Shown in pieces: positions 56,984 to 64,000 of a stretch of 64,000 nucleotides of DNA. Every line of letters starts with the position of its first letter. Position 1 is the first letter of the stretch. The position numbers and the translations under genes are program-made. The notes under the pieces were generated by a model, which was not told where the DNA came from, made no database searches, and saw only the letters and a list, made by a program, of their open reading frames with translations. The stretch comes from a bacterium (lineage in GTDB: Bacteria; Armatimonadota; JACIXR01), in NCBI GenBank assembly GCA_014360465.1, contig JACIXQ010000001.1:35677-99676 (forward strand). The letters are read 5' to 3'.

Positions 56984-58955
56984 CTTTAGCCAATCCCTCC
57001 AGTTGTGCTATTAATTGTTCGGATGTAAAACCAAGAAGGTCAATTGCTTGAGACCTGCAAGCTGAGGCGCAATTCCCACATCCCTGACAGAGTCCCGGGT
57101 TTACTTTCGCTATCTTCTTTTCCAACCCCGATGTCTGTTCAAGTACGGTTTCTTCCTCAATAGCCGAATAGGGACATACTTCTTTGCAGGAAAAGCAACC
57201 GACACATTTATTTTTATTAACCCTTGCGACAACCGGCTCGGAAAAGAGGCTTTCTTGTTGCATGATGGCTATAGCTTTGGAGGCAGCAGCCGACGCCTGA
57301 GCAACGCTATCGGGGATGTCCTTGGGGAACTGGCAGGTGCCAGCAAGAAATATACCTTTAGTCATCGTCTCAACCGGGCGTAGCTTGGGGTGAGCTTCCA
57401 TCAACCATCCATATTCGTCAGTGGAGATGTTCAACTTTCTGGCGAGGTCTTTAACATCCTTTCGGGGAACAAGCGCAGCTGCTAAGACAACGAGGTCAGC
57501 CTCAACCTTCACCTGCTGACCGAGAAGAGTATCGGTGCCTTGCACGATAAGTTTTCCATTTTCCGGATATATTCTTCCCACCCTTCCCCTGATATAAATA
57601 GCGCCGAATTCATCCTGCACCCTTCTTACGAACTCCTCATAGCCTTTCCCAAAGGCGCGAATATCAATATAGAAAATGTAAGTCTTCACATTGGGTAAAT
57701 GTTCTTTTAATAGGAGGGCGTGTTTAGCTGTGTACATACAGCAAACACGGGAGCAATAGGGATAACCTTTCTGTTCGTCTCGGGAACCGACACATTGTAT
57801 GAAGACGACGCTTTCGGGATGTTTCCCGTTTGATGGTCGTATTATTTCTCCCTTCGTTGGTCCTGATGAATTTATCATTCGCTCCAATTGGGCGGAGGTG
57901 ATGATGTCTGGATGTTGTCCATACCCATATTCGCCATAGACCGATGCGTCAAATATGTCCGCTCCCGTTGCCACGATGATTGTTCCGAATTTCTCCTTGA
58001 TGTAAGTATCCTGCTGGGAATAATCGATAGCCTTAGCGGGGCAAACCCTTTGGCAGAGTCCGCATCTGCCCTTTGTAAACCAAAGGCAGACCTCTCTATC
58101 TATAACGGGAACGAGGGGCACTGCTTGGGGGAAAGGAATATAGATTGCTTTCCTTTCGCCTATCCCCTCGTCAAATTCGCTTGTGGCTTTCGTGGGACAT
58201 CTTTCAATGCAAAGCCCGCAACCCGTGCAAAGGTCTTCGTTCACGGAACGGGCCTTTTTCTTTATGGTTACCTCAAAGTTGCCGACGAAACCCTTGACTT
58301 CCTCAACCTCGCTATAGCTAAGGATTTTGATGTTGGGATGACGGTAGCAGTCAACCATCTTGGGGGAAAGGATGCACATAGCGCAGTCAAGGGTTGGAAA
58401 AGTTTTATCAAATTGCGCCATTCTGCCGCCAATGCTTGGGCTTTTCTCAACGAGATATACCTGGAAACCTGCTTCCGCTATATCAAGAGCTGCTTGTATT
58501 CCCGCTATCCCTCCACCTATCACCAAAGCTTTTTTCTCCACGCTGAATTCCAGAGGTTCAAGGGGTTGAGCGCGTTTTACCCTTTCTACGGCAGCAGCTA
58601 TCAGTTCAAAAGCCTTTTCTGTTGCGAGTTCTCTATCCTCGTGGACCCAGGAATCCTGTTCCCTGATGTTTGCCATTTCCATAAAGTAAGGATTCAGTCC
58701 GGCTTCGGAAACAGCCCTTTGGAAGGTTGTTTCGTGCATTGCTGGCGAACAAGAGGCGACGACTACACGGTCAAGTTTGTGTTCCGATATGGCGTTTCTG
58801 ATGAGCTCCTGTCCAGGGTCGGAGCACATATAGCGGTAAGAAGTGGAATAAACAACACCGGGAAGGGTAGATGCTTTTTGAGCCACCTGCTCTACATCAA
58901 CTGTTTTCGCTATATTAACTCCGCACCAGCAGACGAAAACACCGACACGGGGCAT
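56970..58955 (-). CDS. hdrA: Heterodisulfide reductase subunit A-like flavoprotein with multiple Fe-S clusters
   Basis: FAD/Rossmann GxGxxG motif (ALVIGGGIAGIQAALDIAEAG), several CxxCxxCxxxCP ferredoxin motifs, and an N-terminal Cys cluster. Confidence 0.85.
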   Translation of the reverse strand: MPRVGVFVCWCGVNIAKTVDVEQVAQKASTLPGVVYSTSYRYMCSDPGQELIRNAISEHKLDRVVVASCSPAMHETTFQRAVSEAGLNPYFMEMANIREQDSWVHEDRELATEKAFELIAAAVERVKRAQPLEPLEFSVEKKALVIGGGIAGIQAALDIAEAGFQVYLVEKSPSIGGRMAQFDKTFPTLDCAMCILSPKMVDCYRHPNIKILSYSEVEEVKGFVGNFEVTIKKKARSVNEDLCTGCGLCIERCPTKATSEFDEGIGERKAIYIPFPQAVPLVPVIDREVCLWFTKGRCGLCQRVCPAKAIDYSQQDTYIKEKFGTIIVATGADIFDASVYGEYGYGQHPDIITSAQLERMINSSGPTKGEIIRPSNGKHPESVVFIQCVGSRDEQKGYPYCSRVCCMYTAKHALLLKEHLPNVKTYIFYIDIRAFGKGYEEFVRRVQDEFGAIYIRGRVGRIYPENGKLIVQGTDTLLGQQVKVEADLVVLAAALVPRKDVKDLARKLNISTDEYGWLMEAHPKLRPVETMTKGIFLAGTCQFPKDIPDSVAQASAAASKAIAIMQQESLFSEPVVARVNKNKCVGCFSCKEVCPYSAIEEETVLEQTSGLEKKIAKVNPGLCQGCGNCASACRSQAIDLLGFTSEQLIAQLEGLAKVERE

Positions 58956-58958
58956 ACC

Positions 58959-59819
58959 TTATCTCCTCCTTAGGGTAGGTATGAGAAATGGGTCTACGAG
59001 GTGTCTTCGTAAACCAAGTTTTTTCGCTGGTATCCCCAGTGCGAGCCCCAGAACCTGGGTGAAATAGAGGATGGGTATATTAAAAATCTCACCCTTTACC
59101 CTGTGGACATCAGCCTGCCGGGCGTCAAGGTTGAGATGACAGAAAGGGCAAGCGGTGACGATGGCATCAGCGCCCGCTGTTTTAGCTGATTTAAGGATTC
59201 TATAGGTTAGCTCAACAACGAGGTCGGAACGGGGAATGGTCAAGTTTGCCCCACAACATTCGGTCTTATGGGTCCAATCCACAACTTGGGCTCCGCAAGC
59301 TCTTAGGAGCTCGTCCATAGTTGTGGGGTTTTCGGGATCGTCAAATTGGCATATGTGGGGTGGACGAAGGAGGAGGCAACCATAATAGCTTGCAAGTTTG
59401 AGGTCGGATAGGGGTTTCGTGATTTTGGGTTTTATCTCTTCAAGCATTCCCACGAAAAGGTCAAGGAGGTTGCGAATTCGCAATCTATTTTCCCAAGGGA
59501 TGGGGAGAAGTTCTCTGACTTTCTCAAAGGTTGCCTTGTCCTGGCAAAGAACAGCTGTGTGCTTCAGACGATTGAAACAGGCAGCGCAGGGAGCGACAAC
59601 ATCCTCAACATCCATTCGCTCAGCGAGAGCGAGGGAATAGGCTGGCATCGCTAAGGATAGGAGATGATTTGTCGCATGGGCAGATGTTGCCCCACAACAT
59701 ATCCACCCTTCTATTTCCTCCAATTCTATTCCTACTGCCTTGCAGACTTCCCTGACAGATATGTCAAACTCAATACCAGTTGAATGGAGGCTACAGCCCG
59801 GGAAATAAGCTACCTTCAT
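58959..59819 (-). CDS. hdrB: Heterodisulfide reductase subunit B-like protein (two CCG domains)
   Basis: Two CCG-domain signatures (WICCGAT...PCAACF and ECCGAN...ACPFCHLNLD). Confidence 0.85.
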   Translation of the reverse strand: MKVAYFPGCSLHSTGIEFDISVREVCKAVGIELEEIEGWICCGATSAHATNHLLSLAMPAYSLALAERMDVEDVVAPCAACFNRLKHTAVLCQDKATFEKVRELLPIPWENRLRIRNLLDLFVGMLEEIKPKITKPLSDLKLASYYGCLLLRPPHICQFDDPENPTTMDELLRACGAQVVDWTHKTECCGANLTIPRSDLVVELTYRILKSAKTAGADAIVTACPFCHLNLDARQADVHRVKGEIFNIPILYFTQVLGLALGIPAKKLGLRRHLVDPFLIPTLRRR

Positions 59820-60358
59820 CTTTGAGATGTTTTCTCCATAAGTTGTCTTACCACCTCGCTATTTGGCGAAGTGGTAGGGAAGGGATTCAATTTGCCATTT
59901 ATGAACATCTTGATTCCCATAAGTATGTCGTTGAACCACTGCCCGCTTCTCAATTTATACTCCATAATAAAGCCCAGTTCGTATAATTTGCCCAACCAGC
60001 CTACCCATCTGCAGAAGATTTTGTGAAAAAGAGGGATTCGTGGCTCTTTAGGTGGGATGTTTTCTTTTAGGGCAATTTCGCGCAGAGCATCCATTACATA
60101 GGAGATTCGTATTTCAAGCGGACAGCGTGCTGTACAGGAGGCACAGGAGGCGCAAATCCATATCGTGGAGGAGGAAAGGACATCCCTTAAGCCTATTTGA
60201 GCCATCCGCATAACCTGATTGGGTTTAACATCCATTGCGAAGGCAAGTGGACAGGAAGCGGTGCATTTTCCACATTGATAGCATTTCTTGACATTTTCTC
60301 CACAAATCTCTTTGATCTGATTGGCTAAGGTGTCATCAGCAACGAGGTCAAGCATCAA
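59816..60358 (-). CDS. hdrC: Heterodisulfide reductase subunit C-like protein (two [4Fe-4S] clusters)
   Basis: CYQCGKCTASCP and CASCASCTARCP motifs. Confidence 0.85.
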   Translation of the reverse strand: MMLDLVADDTLANQIKEICGENVKKCYQCGKCTASCPLAFAMDVKPNQVMRMAQIGLRDVLSSSTIWICASCASCTARCPLEIRISYVMDALREIALKENIPPKEPRIPLFHKIFCRWVGWLGKLYELGFIMEYKLRSGQWFNDILMGIKMFINGKLNPFPTTSPNSEVVRQLMEKTSQR

Positions 60359-60573
60359 AAAATCACCGTAAACAATTATATCTTCAGAGGGTTTAAAGTC
60401 AAAATAAAATTCGTTTTATTTCAAAAATTCAATTTTTAGAACAAATATTACATAGCTGGCTTATTGTGAGGTGGGAATGCAGATATAATAGAGTAAAAAA
60501 ATTTATTTTTTTAATTGACGCCATATAATCTATTTATATGCTATTTTAAAAATATCAATTGGAGGTGATTTAA

Positions 60574-61365
60574 GTGAAAATAGCATGCCAGGATGGTTTG
60601 CTTCCCGGCAGGGACCTATTGGAGAAGGCGGAAAACGCCAAGCGTTTTGGGTTTGAGGGAATAGAGCTATGGGGTAGTGAGCTGAGGGATAAGGAAAAGG
60701 TCAAGGAGGTAAAGAAGGTGATGGAGAAAGCGGGGTTGCCTGTTTCCACTATTTGCGCCGGTTACAGGGGAACTCCTCTTGATGCTGACCGCTCCCAGCG
60801 TGAACTTGCTATCTCCGACTGCAAGGAGATCCTCTCCGCAGCAGCGGATCTTGGAGCGGTAGGCGTTATTTTCGTTCCCATCTTTGGGCATCCCCGTGTT
60901 CCTGACCTCAGCCCTCTCTATACTCCTTATGAGCTGGAGAGGGAGCTCCTTTTGAAGCTTCTGGATGAGCTGGGTGCACACGCGGAGAGGGTAGGGACAT
61001 ATCTTCTTCTCGAGCCCTTGAACCGTTACGAGACGCATTTCATCAACAGGCTGGAGCAGGCAGTTTGGTTTTGTGAAAAGGTAGGTAGAGAAGGTGTCAA
61101 GATAATGGGTGATTTGTTCCATATGTCCATTGAGGAGAGCAACATAGCCGAGGCAATCAAGGGGGCGGGCAAATATCTCAAGCATATCCATCTCGCTGAT
61201 TCCAATCGCTTGCTTCCCGGTTGGGGGCATACCGATTTCAAGAGCGCATTTGAAGCACTTAAGGAAATCGGGTTTGGGAACTTTATGGCGATGGAATGCG
61301 GCGTTCCTGGCGACCCGATGGAGAGCTTGCCTAAGAGCGTTGCCTATCTCAGGCAGTTTATCTAA
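60574..61365 (+). CDS. Sugar phosphate isomerase/epimerase (xylose-isomerase-like TIM barrel)
   Basis: AP-endonuclease-2-fold motifs (GIELWG, LLLEPLNRYE, HIHLADSNRLLPGWGHTDF). GTG start with a GGAGGTGA RBS. Confidence 0.8.
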   Translation: MKIACQDGLLPGRDLLEKAENAKRFGFEGIELWGSELRDKEKVKEVKKVMEKAGLPVSTICAGYRGTPLDADRSQRELAISDCKEILSAAADLGAVGVIFVPIFGHPRVPDLSPLYTPYELERELLLKLLDELGAHAERVGTYLLLEPLNRYETHFINRLEQAVWFCEKVGREGVKIMGDLFHMSIEESNIAEAIKGAGKYLKHIHLADSNRLLPGWGHTDFKSAFEALKEIGFGNFMAMECGVPGDPMESLPKSVAYLRQFI

Positions 61366-61389
61366 TCATTCGAGAAGGAGGTAAGTAAG

Positions 61390-62355
61390 ATGAAGATCAA
61401 GGTAGGATTTCTCGGTTGTGGAGGAATAGCTCACGCTCATATGGAGCGATTGGCAAAAATGGAAGATGTGGAGATGGTCGCTTTTTGCGATGTGGTTAAG
61501 GAGAAAGCTGAAGGAGCGGCGAATAGATTTGGTGGGAGGGCTTACACTGACCATCACGAGATGCTTGATAAAGAGGAAATGCAGGCTCTTTTCGTTGCCC
61601 TTCCTCCCTTTGCTCACACCGATGGGGAAATCATCGCTGCAGAAAAGAAGATAAACCTGTTTGTGGAGAAGCCCGTTGCTCTTACATTGGAAAAAGCGAA
61701 GGAAATAGAGTCGGCGATAAAGAAAAATGGTGTCATTTCTTCCGTCGGTTATCATTTCCGTTATATGGATACTGTGGAAGAAGCGAAAAAACTCGTTGAG
61801 GGAAAGACTATAGGAATGGTGCTCGGCTATTGGATCGGGGGCTTCCCCGGTGTCTATTGGTGGAGGAGGATGGATATGTCGGGAGGACAGATTGTGGAAC
61901 AGACAACCCACATCTTCGACCTTGCTCGCTATTTCTGTGGAGAGGTGGATGAGGTTTATGCTGCCTATGGGAGGAAGATTCTCACCGATATCCCCGAGTC
62001 CGATGTTCCCGATGTAGGCACCGTAACGATGAAGTTTAAAGATGGCACAGTCGGTACCATCTCCAATTCCTGTATGATCTCCCAGGGCTATACCGTAGGT
62101 ATCCATCTTTTCCTCCGAGACCTCGTGCTTGAAGTGGGATGGCGCTTGAGGATAATTGAGCCAAGCAAGACTATAGAGAAGAACTGCACGGTTGACGCTT
62201 ATTGGGAGGAAGACAGGATTTTCATTGACGCTATCAAGAAAAATGACCCTAGCAAGATAAAATCCAGCTACGAAGACGGAGTTAAAAGCCTTGCCATAAT
62301 CCTCGCTGCAAATAAGTCTTGGATGGAAGGGAGGGCTGTTAAGGTAGAGGTTTAG
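61390..62355 (+). CDS. Gfo/Idh/MocA-family NAD(P)-dependent oxidoreductase
   Basis: N-terminal Rossmann fold (KVGFLGCGGIAHAH), the EKP motif (LFVEKPVAL), and the C-terminal alpha/beta domain. Confidence 0.85.
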   Translation: MKIKVGFLGCGGIAHAHMERLAKMEDVEMVAFCDVVKEKAEGAANRFGGRAYTDHHEMLDKEEMQALFVALPPFAHTDGEIIAAEKKINLFVEKPVALTLEKAKEIESAIKKNGVISSVGYHFRYMDTVEEAKKLVEGKTIGMVLGYWIGGFPGVYWWRRMDMSGGQIVEQTTHIFDLARYFCGEVDEVYAAYGRKILTDIPESDVPDVGTVTMKFKDGTVGTISNSCMISQGYTVGIHLFLRDLVLEVGWRLRIIEPSKTIEKNCTVDAYWEEDRIFIDAIKKNDPSKIKSSYEDGVKSLAIILAANKSWMEGRAVKVEV

Positions 62356-62375
62356 CTGAAGTTGATAGAATTTTA

Positions 62376-64000
62376 ATGCGGCTTTTGGATGTTCTATTCG
62401 TTGCTTATATAGTTGTAGTAGCGTATGGAGTAGGGGGGCGTGTCCTTACTTGGATGCGTCCCCCTTATATAGAAGATTGGAGAGGAAGAGGGGTTTTTGC
62501 AGTGGGACTTGGGTTGGCTGTGATATCCTATCTCGTCTTTTTCCTCGGTATATTAGCCCTTTTATACAAATGGTCAATAATAAGTTTGCTGTTTCTATTA
62601 AGCATTATCGCTTTTTGGCGCAATCCCGCCATACGTAAAAGAAAAGAGGGGAAAAATTATATTCCTTATGAACTACTGATTTTTTTGCCCTGGTTCATCA
62701 TGGTCCTTTTGACTGTCCTTCCCCCACCAATCGATTGGGATGGACTCGCATACCATCTTGCTGTGCCCAAGCTTTATCTATTGCATCATAAAATCTACTG
62801 GGTTAAATTTATCCACCATTCCAACTTTCCCTTTCTTATGGAGATGCTCTACACCATTCCCCTAAGTCTTGGGCTTACCGATGCCTGCAAATTATTTCAT
62901 TTCACTTTTGCTCTATTAATTATGTGGCTTCTCTATCTGCAGTTCGCTGAAGACAACAAAATAGGTGGTATATTAGCCCTCCTTTTTCTGACGCAGATGG
63001 TTCTATTCTCTTGGGAAAGCACCATCGCCTATAATGACCTTGCCTTTTCCTTTTATGTATTACTTTCTCTTATTGCCTTTGTAAGAGGGGAAATCCTGCT
63101 GTCAGGTTTGGCTATTGGTTTGGCTATGGGTACAAAACACCTCGCTATATCTTTCCTCATTACCTTCTGCTTACTTCTGCCTTTTTATAAAAATGGAAAA
63201 TTCAATTTAAGAAAGGATTATAAATCCATACTCCACGATATCGGGATTTTGCTCTTGCCAGCTATTTTATTAGCTTTGCCCTGGTATCTCAAAAGTTATA
63301 TTTACACAGGCAATCCAGTTTACCCATTCTTCTACGAGCTATTTGGTGGCAAGTACTGGAGCAAGGAGGCAGCATCCGCTTACAGAGAAGCACAGCTTTC
63401 CATAGGTACGGGCAGGAATATCCTTTCTTTCATTCTTTTGCCCTGGAACCTTACATTTCATCCTGGAAAGTTTTTCGACCCCGGAGCAAATCCTTACTTC
63501 GTCCTAATCGGTCCCGCCTTCTTAGCCTTCTTGCCTCTACTATTTCTGGAACCCTTCTACTTCGCTTTTATTGCTCTCTCCTGTATTCAGTGGTTTTTAT
63601 TAAGTCAAAATATTCGCTATGCGCTCCCTATACTGGTCGTTCTCCCCTTACCCCTCGTTAAGCGTTTGCTAAGATTGTGGAGGAGACCGTTCAGCATAAT
63701 CGTTTTATCCTTGCTTTTGGTTTCTTATCTCGTCCATTTGTTCATATTTGGATTGATGATGTACCCTACCTGGAAAGTTGTTCTGGGATTGGAAGAGAAG
63801 GATGAATTCATACAGAGTGTATTTCCAACTTACAATGTGTATAAATTCATAAACGAAAATCTACCTAAAGAGGCAAAAATTGCTCTTCTTGGAGAACCTC
63901 GTGGTTTCTATCTGGATAGGGAGTATATATGGGCTGACCCCGGTCATCATACTTTGATTCCTTATGAGAAATTCAAGACCCCTCAGGATATGCTTCTATT
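62376..64000 (+). CDS. Partial (3' end off the window) polytopic membrane protein, GT-C-fold (PMT_2/ArnT/GT87-like) glycosyltransferase-like
   Basis: Open frame from the ATG at 62376 to the window end (541+ codons, no stop) with more than 12 TM helices. An early periplasmic loop carries an acidic DWDG motif. It is not in the ORF track because it has no stop; the track's 62450-62638 ORF is in a different frame. Confidence 0.45.
   Translation, partial: MRLLDVLFVAYIVVVAYGVGGRVLTWMRPPYIEDWRGRGVFAVGLGLAVISYLVFFLGILALLYKWSIISLLFLLSIIAFWRNPAIRKRKEGKNYIPYELLIFLPWFIMVLLTVLPPPIDWDGLAYHLAVPKLYLLHHKIYWVKFIHHSNFPFLMEMLYTIPLSLGLTDACKLFHFTFALLIMWLLYLQFAEDNKIGGILALLFLTQMVLFSWESTIAYNDLAFSFYVLLSLIAFVRGEILLSGLAIGLAMGTKHLAISFLITFCLLLPFYKNGKFNLRKDYKSILHDIGILLLPAILLALPWYLKSYIYTGNPVYPFFYELFGGKYWSKEAASAYREAQLSIGTGRNILSFILLPWNLTFHPGKFFDPGANPYFVLIGPAFLAFLPLLFLEPFYFAFIALSCIQWFLLSQNIRYALPILVVLPLPLVKRLLRLWRRPFSIIVLSLLLVSYLVHLFIFGLMMYPTWKVVLGLEEKDEFIQSVFPTYNVYKFINENLPKEAKIALLGEPRGFYLDREYIWADPGHHTLIPYEKFKTPQDMLL

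Noticed and set aside
57888-58973. 361-aa plus-strand ORF
   Set aside because: It is antisense to hdrA, whose FAD and Fe-S motifs on the minus strand are unambiguous. A typical GC-skewed shadow ORF.
62450-62638. 62-aa ORF from the track
   Set aside because: It is in a different frame from the long open GT-C-like membrane-protein gene (62376 to beyond 64000), which reads through without a stop.

Overview
The window is a 64 kb bacterial chromosomal segment. It is gene-dense, moderate in GC content and has no recognisable mobile element. It appears to come from a diderm environmental bacterium: there is an SLH-anchored OmpM-like outer-membrane barrel, two prepilin-type DUF1559 'H-X9-DG' proteins plus a third DUF1559 remnant, and many secreted glycoside-hydrolase-like proteins. 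That mix is reminiscent of Armatimonadota or PVC-group genomes, but this is inference only.

Housekeeping genes that can be recognised: lysA, lepB, htpX, panD, a transaldolase, cdd, a pyrE-like phosphoribosyltransferase and an initiator-type tRNA-Met carried on its own promoter. There is also a DHH-DHHA1/CBS/CCA-adding nucleotidyltransferase fusion, an ECF sigma/anti-sigma pair, two M16 peptidases, two incomplete ABC systems and a flavin-based bifurcation-type HdrCBA-MvhD cluster.

The most unusual items are:
- a Clp1-family polynucleotide 5'-kinase gene overlapping a histidine-phosphatase gene inside a long minus-strand operon, a candidate two-protein RNA end-healing module;
- a small exported protein built from four 63-bp in-frame tandem repeats encoding Met-rich MPMMGPGMMKGPMGG units, a candidate Cu(I)/Ag(I) binder;
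- a roughly 1.5 kb purine-rich region downstream of the tRNA-Met with no credible ORF;
- two genes, lepB and the pyrE-like gene, whose conserved N-termini lie upstream of the first canonical start codon;
- DUF1559 pseudopilin-like genes repeatedly sitting next to secreted glycosidases.

All functional calls rest on motif-level reading of the translations. No database search was possible.
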